Source of the DNA: Xylographa opegraphella
Lineage: Eukaryota
Direction: 5' to 3'
Assembly: GCA_022813865.1 (NCBI GenBank)
Contig: JALDZX010000091.1
Span: forward strand, 1 to 51,903
DNA: 51,903 nt
Numbering within the stretch: position 1 is the first letter of the stretch; every line of letters starts with the position of its first letter. Below the pieces are notes generated by a model, which worked only from the letters and a program-made list of their open reading frames with translations, was not told the origin of the DNA and did not search any database. Below are positions 38,407 through 51,903 of this stretch, one piece after another. A program made the translations under genes and the position numbers.

Positions 38407-39362
38407 AGCGTCGGTGTGCTTTGCATGTATGGAGCTACTTTTCAGATTGATCAATGCGGTCTTAGCATGTATACGCGAACTGGGAATAGAGCAGGAGGGG
38501 GGAACCAGGTTGGTCGCGGGCCTTTGAGCCTCCTCGGCGCGAATTGCATTCATGAGCTACAGTTTGATCCAAGCGATTCCAGCACGCGAAAGGCGCTGGG
38601 AGTGGTGGATGTTCATATCATATCACGGCGCCGTGGTTTTCAGAGCCCTTTTTTGGGGAGGGAGAGATTTCGATCTCGGTGCACTGCGGGGACCGGTCCT
38701 CCACACTCCGGTGTGGCATTTCATCGTTATGGCTACATCGGCCAGAGGGCTTGGGGATTATCGTTTACGTCTACGTTTACGTCGTTTGGAGAAGTTGGAG
38801 AGTTGGAGATTATGGTTAGTAAATCAGACGATGGTGATTCCTACCCTTATCTTTAGCTAGCTAGCTACATATATTCTAGATTAAGCCAAATCATGCCGTG
38901 CAGTGCTCTCCGATTTCCCTTTCCGCAACCCGTGAATGTCCTGGTTGAAGCATGGATTTCTGTGCGCGATTGCGCTGGAGAGGGCGTATATACCGTCGGG
39001 GATACGTGGTCGTAGGATGGCAGACCCGATGGCTAATCGGGTTCGAAGATACGCACCGCGCTGCGCGTGGAGGGTTCTCCGTGAAAGGAGTATACGTGAT
39101 ATACGATATATTATATAGTAAACGTCGCTCATCCCTGCACCGTCCCTTCCCAGCGCGATCCCCTTCCCGTATCTTCAGACGCCACGAACGCCGCGGGGGG
39201 GTGATCCTATATCGCATGCCTTGAAGCACACAATCTCCCCCCCCCAGCGCGCCCCCAGGCCTTTTAACCCTGGTATAGATACACGCCCCTGAGGTGAATT
39301 CCACACCTAGCCATGCACTCGAAACCCCCCCCCCGTTGCGCAGATCACGGCCATCCCCGACT

Positions 39363-42456
<3,094 letters not shown>

Positions 42457-42590
42457 GACCGCAACACTGACTGTGTTTACCTGATGCAAGGAAAGAAATA
42501 TACAGCGCTTCAGGTATCGACGACGCCGGTACTTTTACAATGTGGTTGTCGAGCCGTTGGACGTGATGTAGATATTCAGGTGTGCTTCGG

Positions 42591-42620
42591 AAACGCGACG
42601 CGCTTTGCCGAGCACGCGTA
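42591..42620. promoter_or_regulatory. MCB (MluI cell-cycle box) cluster upstream of MCM3
   Basis: ACGCGACGCG at 42593-42602 and a perfect ACGCGT at 42614-42619, about 140-160 bp upstream of the MCM3 ATG. MCB elements are established MBF sites in G1/S genes of ascomycetes. Confidence 0.6.
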
Positions 42621-43475
42621 AATTGAACGCATGAGTCTAGCCCTGAAGTGGATTAGCTTAGCTGGGATCCCGTAATACTTTCGTGGCGGTTGTCACGAAA
42701 TACCCCGTACACGGTCGATACGGTACAGTCAAACTTAAGGTACTCGGGCAACACTGAGGCCATGAGGGACCTTAGCTACGGATCCTCTAAAACCCCAATA
42801 CCCTTTACTAAAATAAAATCTATGCGGCTATTTCAGCTCCAGAATCGCATGATTGGTTGTGTCGTCAGGGTCTCGGCTTCAGCTGCACCAGACGGGCGGA
42901 CGAAGGCATGGCACTAGACGCACCCCTTCGCCCTCAGGCCAGGCGATACATACCGGTCACGTACGGGAGCAGAAGAAGTTGTTGAAGCAGTGCTTATGTA
43001 GACGTGATGAATTTAAAACCACTGAGCTCGAAATCTCTCTCGCCACCTTTTATGAACAGCCTGTATCTCGCGCTATGCGATGGATGCAGAGCCACCCCGT
43101 CGTGTCGCACTCGACCTTCTGTACACCTTTCCCCTCTCCGCCCAGTCTCCCTCATATACACCCTTTGGCATCGCACAGGGATCGCGCGGTCGCGGTCGAA
43201 ATCAAACGAAACAACCTCCTGGCGCCATTTTTTGTCCAGCCTCCGGAGCCAATCATAAATGCCGAAACACCGTGCTTATCACTGCAACGACGTGGACCGC
43301 CCATCCCCCTTTCGTAAGACCCCGTCCCGCGCGATTCAACCAACTCCTGCTTCAAATATCCTGCCCCCCACCTCCCACCCTCCCCTTCTCGCAACTCAAA
43401 AATGATAGATCCATTTGCCCCAGCGTATATTCCTCCAACTTCCCTCCGATCGTCCCATTCCTTTCCCCGCCTCCT

Positions 43476-44963
43476 TCACAGCGCACTCGTCATGAAATCC
43501 AGCCCCATGGCCTTCTCGCGCTGATTCGCCGCCCGCACGCTCACGCCGCGGTGCAAGCCCACGGCGGCCTTCTCGAACAGCTCCAGCCGGCCCTCGCTGC
43601 TCGCGGGGCTCGGACTGCTGTCGGCATCCGGGCCGTGGGCCCAGTCGCTGACGCTGGGGCGGCTACTGCGGAGGATGCCGGGGCTGGGTGCGCCGAAGTC
43701 GAGCAGAGGAGGGCGGGGACGAAAGCGCGGGGCGTCGGAGGCGTGTGTGTGGCTGAGGGTGGCGCCGCTGAGGGCGGGGGGGTCCGGGGGATGCAGGCCC
43801 GCAAACGCGGCCGGGTTGGTGTATTCGTTGAGGGGGGAGGCGTGCTCGATGTGATGAGCGCCGACGATGTAGTTGCGGTCGAGGGAGGGGATCCATTTGT
43901 GGTCGGTGTCATCGCCGCCGCGGGAGGGCCAGGTGCTCTGGGTGCCGGTGGAGGAGGAGCGGGCGTGGGCGTTGGAGGGAAAATAGGCGCGTGAGGAGGG
44001 AGACGATTTGGAGGCGGCGGAGGCGGAGGAGGAGGTGGAGAAGAGAGATTTCGGGTGGAGTTTTGCGAGGCAGGTGAGGGATTTGGAGCGGGGATGGGAG
44101 GGAAGAGCCGGGGTGGCCGGGGGGTGAGAGGGGTCGTCGTAGGTGAGGTTGGTGGCGCTGTGGACGGAAGCGTTGGCGAGGGTCATGAGCTGGTTCAGCA
44201 CGGCGAACTCGAGCTTCAGCTTGATGCTGTAGACCATGGCTTTGAGCGTGGCTTCGATCTCGTAGTCGTAGTTGTACTCGAAGGTGAGGAGGACGACGTC
44301 CATGGCGATGATGGTGAGGTTGATCCAGATCAGCTGCATCATGACGCGGCGGCTGCGGCCGTGGTAGACGGGCCGGAGCAGCTTGATGGTGGAGTAGACG
44401 TAGATGCCGGAGATGATGAACTCCTGGATGCTGAAGGCGGTCATCTGCAAGCGCTCCATGATGTTGAAGGCGGTGATGAAGCGCGCCGAGTCGCTCGAGT
44501 TGGAGCCGTAGGTGAGGACGGTGGTGGGGATATGGAAGCAGATGGCGTCGACGATGATCATGATGAGGACGCCGCGAAGGACTTTGTGCTCGCGGACGAC
44601 CAGATGGAGGCGCGAGTAGAGCACGATGGCCTGGCCGGTCACCATGGCATACCATCCGATGGTGATGATGGTTACGGACAGGTAGTCGTTGTCCGTCAGC
44701 TGGAAGAACTTGAGCAGGAAGCCGAGGGCGTGCAGCACACAACCGTAGCTGGAGATGATCAGGGACCAGAAATACAAGCCTCGATGCCGCTTGAAGGTCA
44801 TGAAGACCTGCACGTTCAATTCGATGACGTTGAACCAGGCCACCGCCGTGAAGGCGGCGATGGCCGTGTAGGTGGGGATGTTGAAGGCGATGAGGTCGCC
44901 ATTCTCGCCGTTTCCGGTCGCGGTCGCGATCGTGTTGTTGACGCAGGTCGTGGTGATGGCCAT
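43476..44963 (-). CDS. Fungal multi-pass (about 7 TM) integral membrane protein, DUF7703-like, with long disordered C-tail
   Basis: From ATG 44963. AWFNVIEL...TFKRHRGLYFWSL, GWYAMVTGQAIVLYSRLHLV, MERLQMTAFSIQEFIISGIY and YSIKLKLEFAVLNQL are hallmark segments of this common filamentous-fungal family. Confidence 0.85.
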   Translation of the reverse strand: MAITTTCVNNTIATATGNGENGDLIAFNIPTYTAIAAFTAVAWFNVIELNVQVFMTFKRHRGLYFWSLIISSYGCVLHALGFLLKFFQLTDNDYLSVTIITIGWYAMVTGQAIVLYSRLHLVVREHKVLRGVLIMIIVDAICFHIPTTVLTYGSNSSDSARFITAFNIMERLQMTAFSIQEFIISGIYVYSTIKLLRPVYHGRSRRVMMQLIWINLTIIAMDVVLLTFEYNYDYEIEATLKAMVYSIKLKLEFAVLNQLMTLANASVHSATNLTYDDPSHPPATPALPSHPRSKSLTCLAKLHPKSLFSTSSSASAASKSSPSSRAYFPSNAHARSSSTGTQSTWPSRGGDDTDHKWIPSLDRNYIVGAHHIEHASPLNEYTNPAAFAGLHPPDPPALSGATLSHTHASDAPRFRPRPPLLDFGAPSPGILRSSRPSVSDWAHGPDADSSPSPASSEGRLELFEKAAVGLHRGVSVRAANQREKAMGLDFMTSAL

Positions 44964-45207
44964 CCTATGCGGCCAGCTCGAAGCCGCCGGCTTGACGGTG
45001 GGAAGAAGACGAGGGCGTCGGTCGGGGATCGATCGTCGAGGACGTGGTTGTGAGCATCCACGCCCGCTTCCACATACAACGCGGGCGACTGGGGATTTCC
45101 GCACCCGTTGGCGGAAGACAGAGTCGCGGTCGCACGGTAAGCCAGCAAGCCGATGATAGGAAGGAGGAAGGAGGAAGGGAGCAGGCAGGCACGGGACCAG
45201 TAGATTT

Positions 45208-45237
45208 GGGAGTGGGAGTGGGAGTGGGAGTGGGAGT
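45208..45237. repeat. (GGGAGT)x5 hexamer repeat upstream of the membrane-protein gene
   Basis: Read directly. Confidence 0.9.
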
Positions 45238-48200
45238 GAACGATGCTCGTCGGTGTGCCAGGGTGGGTGGATTGGGTCGAAGGTTCGAACAGACGGCACT
45301 CACAACGGTTGGATATGGGGATGTCGGCGTGTCATATAAGGGCGAGACGCAGGGGAGCAGCAGGAGCAGCAAGCAGCAGCAGCCGTCTGGTAGGGAGGAT
45401 GGCAAGGTTTCGGAAGCATGTAAGTGTAAGGTGGATATGTAGAGAATCGATCTGGGGTAAGTAGGGTAGATTAGGTCAGGTCAGGTAAAGGTAGGGTTAG
45501 GGACCTTTCCACCTTACTCCATCTTATTAGCCTGTGCGTGGTTGGGGCCAATGTCTGGGATGCGACGGTGGAGGCGGATGTGGTGCATTGGAGCCAGGAG
45601 AGCCAGGAGCCAGCAAGCCAGCAGCCAGAAGGGAGCAATGTTCGGACGCGGCACACCTGAGCCAGTCGCCGGCCGCGCATCTAGGACGAAGGATGCGAAA
45701 ACGCCACCCCAATGGTTTGCGGGGAAGAGTGTGGAACGGTGGACGGTCAGTGGTCAGTTGTGTTGGTGCTTGGTGGTTCGTAGTCCGGTAGTAAGTACCT
45801 TATGTACCTAGGTAGTCTACTAGTCGTATGGTTGATGTTGATCGTCCGCTTCATCCCAGCAGGCCGATCTACCAACTGCCCGGCAACCCGCCGGTGAATG
45901 CCACCCTCCAACGAAGCTAGAACACTCCCAGAAGGCCACTATGAATATCTTTGGAAGGGAGGGGTCAGTGATGAGTCGATATCATCCATCCAGGTGGGAT
46001 CCAAAAAGAGGCCAGCTGCACCGTCGTCTCTTCCCTCCTGCTCAATGCCCATCTGCTCTCCCGACTCCCAGCCACATGCTTCTCAAACGCTACGGAGGAA
46101 GCGACCTTGCATCCACATCGGCTGGGAACTGGCCCCCTTGCGATTCCCGCCTGACCATTGGCCATGCTGCTGTCGCGTCCTCCCCCCGCCCCCTCCCCGG
46201 CTGGGCAGGTCTGGTCATTCGGGTGAGCCACGAATGATTTAATGCCCTGGGGAGGGATCGAGCATACACTCAGTAGGCGATTTCTTGTCGGAACAGGAAC
46301 AGACGCTTCAATCGGGGTCGACACGGTGAGGCTGCCGTCCTGTCAACGAGCACGCACCCACGGGATGGGGAGGGCAATCTGGCCACGCCTCCCTTCCACA
46401 TGTCGCCTGTCGTCCGCCGTCGTGCTCGTGCCGGTTCATGGAGTCCACACCGTCGCAGACCTTCCCAGCCCGAAGGTTCCCATCCTGCCCATCAATTTGG
46501 GGCGTGGCCAAGGAGCTGTTTGAGCTTCGGTGCACTGATTGGTGTTGGAGACCTGCAGGGGGGGAGGTCATTGACAAGTGTCTGCGGTGTGGACATTGGG
46601 ACATTGGGCCATTGGGCACGAAAGGATTCTTTCTTGCAAAATCGAACCTGTTCCGATCCACGTTGGCTGGCCCTGGCACGCCGTGACGTCGCCCACCGCT
46701 GGAGATCATTGGCACGCGTCGCCATCGGGACACGCTAACTGGACGGCCGATACGAGGCTAATGCACGGCTAATGTACCGAAGCCGTCTTCGAGAAGCGCG
46801 CCAACGGGAGCCGTTCCCTTAGCGATCGCTCCCGGCACGTGAGCCCCGGCTAGCCTGCCAAGCTGCCACACCCGTTTGGCCTCCTGCGCTTTCGCCTTCT
46901 GTGTGTGTCTCTCTCTTTTTCGCTCTCTCTCTCTATACACATCGATGCCCCCCCAGTGCACCTTATGCGAAAGACCCTACCCTTCAGCTACTGAGCTTTG
47001 ATGAGCCGGAACTGTTCTCCATCGTCTCAACGCCGACGTGCCGTAGATGTCTCCACCCAGGGAGCTCTGCCCCGAGGCGCCTCCTGCCTCGGTGGCTCGA
47101 TTGTACGCACCGTCTCGCTTCATAAATGACCTTCCATCTCTGCGACCCCAGCTCCAGTCAACCGTTGTAGAATTGCAAAATCCCCAGACATCTGAAGGCC
47201 ATTGTTGGACTGCGGGAAAGCGCTCATGGCCCTGACATGGATGGTCAGGCGGTAAATGCCCGTCGACTGCATCTAATCGTGGACGCCTTGGTCCACATTG
47301 GGATGTGTGGAACAGGCCAAGCTGTCCAGGTCGGCCACGGAAGCTGACGCGCCTGGCTGTACCATTCCATGCGCTGCGAATCTTGGCGAATGTTGAACTT
47401 GTTCTGTTGACCAGTTCTATGGCCCAGTTCTGGGTCCCGCCTACGAGCCATGGCATTCTGCCGCGTTCGGCCTGCACCCTCCGCAGCAGAACAGAGCCAC
47501 AAGTAGCCCACGGCTCGATCAAGGTTGGGATGACTTGCAGCTGCACCCTAAGTTAAGGTTGGCCATCTTTACTGCTCCCTTACTTTGCTGTCGTGTGTCA
47601 TGTCGGTCTCAAATCGGCTACTGCGCCACTCTCCACGGATCACGTCTCGGGGCACCAGTGGGCAGACAGCGAGAGAATCACACGGAGAGCTTTCGTGGTG
47701 TATGTTTCGTGCACGTATTCTGTTGAGCGTAAGAAGCCACGGCGGAACCACCTCACAGGGCCCTCAGCAAGGGGCTCAGGTCACACCGTACCGGATCACT
47801 TAATGCGTCCGAGAGGTCCGTCTCCAACATGTGGATTCTGACTGGCATTCATTGCTTGAAGAACACGGATCCTGTAGGTAAAGCCGAACCGCAACCTCCC
47901 ATCCGCGTTTCCCATCCAGTGATCATCCGCCAACCGGTACCTGCATCAGGATTCGTCAGGTTTGGCCAACTTGCTTGCTGACTCGCCACCGTCTCGAACT
48001 TACGATCACATGAACGCAAGCGCAAGGCCATGATACAGGCCACAAGTATCCTCCTGTAATGCATCGATCCGTGCTTGCAGGAATTGAATGCCTTAATGAT
48101 CCGGGGTACATTAGTACGATGCACGAACCTCAGACAGAGATAACGTCGGCGCCAAGTTCCCCACAGATCGCTATAGTCTGCCATTCGTCAAGTTCTATGC

Positions 48201-48485
48201 TCGTCCCCACCTATCATCCTCCAGCTTTGGCCGTGGACCCCGTCACGAGCGACGATTCTTCCGTGCGTTTTGCTGCCATGAAACGAGACGAATGAGTGGT
48301 GAGACGGTACGAGCTGCGGCTAAATAGACTTTGGTACCTACTGTGAAGCGGGTTGCAAGCCTTCGCAGTGCGAAAGACGTCCAATCTCCTCGACTGCCCA
48401 AGGCTCGAAGGCAACGTCGGTGGCCCCTCTTACTGAGGTCCAACCCAAAGCGGTGGACGACGGCCTCGGGTTTGGCGCGTTTGGC

Positions 48486-48490
<5 letters not shown>

Positions 48491-48516
<26 letters not shown>
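48491..48516. repeat. (TG)13 microsatellite
   Basis: Read directly. Confidence 0.9.
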
Positions 48517-49722
48517 AGTGTGTGTAAGTGTGTTTTTGCCGTACGTCAGAAACGATGGAGGCTATGTGGTGCGCAGTCCCTCCGTGTTTCACCTCCTTCT
48601 CACTCATGCTGTCGACGAAAGTCGGCGATTGCGGCAATAAAGCTATTCGCTGCTTTTCCAGAACTGGAGCCGGATCGAACATATGGATGGGGCGAGTACA
48701 TCGCAGCATTGACACCGCTTGGGGCGCCGAGGTTGCGGAACAGCGATCGTTTTCTTCTTCGCTGTCTACCCTCGAGCTGCGATCTGCAATCTGCGTGCGC
48801 GACTGTCTCGCTGAAGTAGGTGTTCGTGCCCTTCGCATATGAGAACACCTCACTCCGAGTGCATATCAAGTTATGCGAAATACAGATCTTCAGTGGTAGC
48901 GACCTGATTCGATAAGGTTCCCTGGTCGAACTCACGCCAGCTCAGAGCACAGGACTCCAGCTGCAATCCTACCGTTTTTCACCGAGGCTAAAAATTTGCA
49001 CTGATTTACCAACGCATTGGATCGAGGTCGTAACATCATGCACACGATGGCTGATACTCCACGCACGAAGTGATGGTGAGAACCGATTTTTGGCACTCAA
49101 CTAGGTCCACGCCTTCATGCGGATGTCCACTGCGAGACATATCAGTTGATCAGGATTCTCTGCAAAGCGCAGGACCGTCGAAGTCCTGCGCTGTAAAGGA
49201 GTTACCGTGTAGAGGCTTTGCTTGATAGGAAGCTACCTAGCTGTCACTTTGTCTGTAGTATGAAGCGTGTTGGGAATTATCCGAAGCAACTGACCTTTAT
49301 TCCGCGCCATTCAGGTACATTGGGACGAAAAGGACGGAATGTGATTGGCTGACAAGCGACTCGCAGGGCCTGAATAAGGTCGGTAGGGTTACAGCCTCGT
49401 AGGGCTGTAAGTCATCAATTTTGTGCTTTGAACTATGTCCTTCCCTACTTTACCCAATATTAATACTACGTATTACGGAGCATAACAGCCAATTTACTGA
49501 GGATTATCTGCTTGGGCAGACCACAAACAACCACGAACGGAAGATCGATCCTCCAGAAACGCCATATCCACGAATCCCAATCAATACGGTCAGCGGGTGA
49601 ATCCTCTCCGGTCATCCGTCATGAAGGAGCAATCACCTCCGCCCACCGTACCTTCGTCCACCCCACTCAGTAAGACACAAATGCATGCCATTCCGCAACT
49701 TCGTCCCTTCTTTTCGTGCCGT

Positions 49723-49850
49723 GGTATCCAGGTATCCAGGTATCCATAAATCTATAAATCCAAGAATCCATGAATCCATGAATCCATAAATCCAAGAATC
49801 CATGAATCCACGAATCCATAAATCCATAAATCCATAAATCCATAAATCCA
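49723..49850. repeat. 8-bp minisatellite, 16 units (NNNATCCA consensus)
   Basis: GGTATCCA x3, then mostly TAAATCCA/AGAATCCA/TGAATCCA variants, ending TAAATCCA x4. Confidence 0.92.
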
Positions 49851-49993
49851 TAAACATCCAACTCCTTAACATCCACTCCCTCCAAAATTAAGCACCTGTA
49901 CCACCACCCCCCCCATCCACCCAACACCCACCCTCACCTCCACCGTCTCCCCCTCCCCCTCCCCTTCCCCCTCCCCCTTCCCCTCCCCATCAC

Positions 49994-50453
49994 TCATAGT
50001 GCCCAGCAGATTCCCGAAAGCTGCCTCTGGGGCCGACATCCACGGTCTGGGCGCCTTCCACGAAGGTGACGCTGTCGTCGACGCCGAAGAAGGTGCAGCT
50101 TGCGCCACCGTCGGACCGGATGTGCGAGATACTGAGGGGGTTGGCTGTGCGGGGAAGGAGCGGTGTTAGTTATAGGGCGAAGAGAGGGGGGCTGAGTCTA
50201 CTTGTTACGGGAATGGGTGGGAGGGGTCCGCTCGGGTGGAAGGAGTGAGGAGGACAGGGGACGTACTGATGTAGAATGGGATGTTGTCGGTGCTGACGGA
50301 TTGCGTAAAGACGGCTTCGGGGGTGGCGCCTTGGAAGGTGATGTGGGCCATGAAGCCTTGTTCGGCGCCTTATCGAGCTAAGACGTGGGCAGGGACGGCT
50401 TGGGTGACGGTGGTGAGGAGGAGGAGAGCAGAAGCGATGGTGGAGGACTGCAT
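49994..50453 (-). pseudogene. Disrupted small secreted protein gene (premature stop plus frameshift)
   Basis: Signal peptide MQSSTIASALLLLTTVTQA; in-frame TAA at codon 28 (50372-50370); intron 50266-50145 (GTACGT...ACTAAC...CAG). Exon 2 reads TNPLSISHIRSDGGASCTFFGVDDSVTFVEGAQTVDVGP; the Cys-containing tail QRQLSGICWAL* lies in a shifted frame. Confidence 0.72.
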
Positions 50454-51903
50454 GATGGGTGGGTTGGGGGTTGATTGGATAGGATGAGATATGGATTAAT
50501 TGGATGGGAGAGTGATGGAGTGGGTTGGAGACTGTTAATGTATCGAAAAATTGGTAGTGAGTGATACCAACAGGAGTGGTAGGCTATAGGACCACTTTTC
50601 ATATATGACCTTTCACACAATGCTGTCGTGCGGTCCGGAAGCGTATGCCATGAGAGATCCTCCACGCCAGCTAGCTTTACCTCATCAACAATCAGAAAGT
50701 CACAATCTAGGCAAACATTTTCAGCATGCTGATCTTCGTGGTAGGTAGGATCTGGTGGCGGACGGTACCGATGCGGGTGCACTTCGTATGCTGCTCGTGA
50801 TGCGAACGGAATTTTGATACGACATGTGATGACACAGGTTTGCTAGCAATGACACATGGTGGAGGAATCCATTAACGCGTAAAGCTGACGAACACGATCG
50901 ACAGTTTGCAGCTCGTCAGCTCGGAGAAATTGGCCGAGCCAGGGCAAACTTGCTGGATGTTTTGCAGTATGCGTTGCAGAAGATAAGGGATGGCTAGAAA
51001 CCCGATTGAACGGATGTCTAAAACGGACTCGAAAGGCAGCGGTACATTCTGATGAACAATTGAGTGACAGTAAAACAAAGCAGTCATTGCTTGCGAAAGG
51101 AACGAAGTGCATGCTGACTGCATCGGAGTACTGCAGCCTCCGATGGTATCGTCAGGAAGTATACATGCAAAGAAGACTGCATAGAACTTGACTCCTCCAT
51201 AAAAGCAGACGACCACTTCTTCACGAGCTGAGCTTGCCTTCGCTGTTCTCCGAAGCGGTTACCACCAACTATACGTTACACTACTATCTTGGAGGCTGAT
51301 GAACCTTCGTGGTAACGGAGTATTGCAGTGCTCTCCTCTGTAGTCGCAAACGCCTCTTCCGAATTGGATGCAATAGCTCTCGTGCCAATTGCAGGCGCCG
51401 CAAGACCATGCTGTCTCCAGATATGAAGCATGAAAGCCGGTGAGAGGTGGGAGACACTCGTGGCCGCCAGAGGCCAAGAACCAACTTCGAGAGATCCTAA
51501 TCCTAGTCTTATCCGGATGCGGCTTAGGGTAAGAAAGTCGTCCGCTTAGCACTTTGCTCAGCATGGCATGCTGTTCGGGTTCTCAAGAAGCAGAACGTCG
51601 GTGTTGTGGTGCGTTAATCAATATTGATCGCGAGGAATCTATCTAATGGAGGTAGCGACGCTGCAGGCCCTTTCATTTTCCTAATGCATAGCATAGGATT
51701 AACACAGTGCCGCAACATGGGTCGCAAACATTCCCTTCGTTCGTAGGAATTGGGCTTATGTAAGGGATTCCGTGGTTAGATTAACGGCCCCTATTGTTAA
51801 GGTTCTCACCTTCTCAGGGTAGGGCTAAGACACTAGGGAACTAGCGCCCGGTCGTGAGACGGCCCGACCCCATGCGCCCCGGGTCGCCCCTCGCGCCCCT
51901 CAG

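Noticed and set aside
43004..43025. Box C (GTGATGA) followed by CTGA, suggesting a C/D snoRNA
   Set aside because: Spacing is too short, and I see no terminal stem or recognisable rRNA guide.
43080..45053. 304-aa and 332-aa + strand ORFs
   Set aside because: Antisense shadows of the GC-rich membrane-protein gene.
44964..45299. 112-codon non-AUG N-terminal extension of the membrane protein
   Set aside because: Low-complexity, repeat-derived sequence that begins inside a GTGAGT donor-like site; more likely UTR or intron.
45455..45502. Telomere-like TAGGGTTAGGG
   Set aside because: Fewer than two full TTAGGG units in a degenerate purine-rich patch; not an interstitial telomere array.
51840..51903. 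GC-rich hairpin with CGTGAGAC, faintly like LSU rRNA
   Set aside because: Match is too short and the flanks do not resemble rRNA; truncated by the window edge.

Overview
Eukaryotic genomic DNA from a filamentous ascomycete (Pezizomycotina), judged from short GT-AG introns with CTRAC/CTAAT branch sites and the gene families present. The narrower lineage cannot be fixed from sequence alone. By hand-splicing I support about 15 protein-coding genes: CENP-L/Fta1 (-), UPF2/NMD2 (+), a 3-exon C2HC zinc-finger gene whose finger the ORF track misses (-), a ChsD-type chitin synthase (-), an F-box-like protein (+), a mitochondrial rhodanese (-), a GCP6-like gamma-tubulin complex subunit (-), EAF7 (+), a LIM-RhoGAP (+), ASK1 (-), a conserved fungal hypothetical protein (+), FYV7 (-), a DUF4210/ATOS-like protein (+), MCM3 (-) and a multi-pass membrane protein (-). 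There is also a doubly disrupted small-secreted-protein pseudogene and several micro/minisatellites. I found no rRNA, tRNA, CRISPR array or recognisable transposon, and no clear new multi-gene system. The most interesting signals are: (i) two retainable introns in the UPF2 C-terminus that could switch on an RG-rich tail; (ii) three required GC-AG introns among about 35; (iii) the hidden zinc-finger gene; (iv) the pseudogene; (v) sharp GC-rich islands cutting through genes near convergent 3' ends. Family assignments come from recalled motifs, not database searches.
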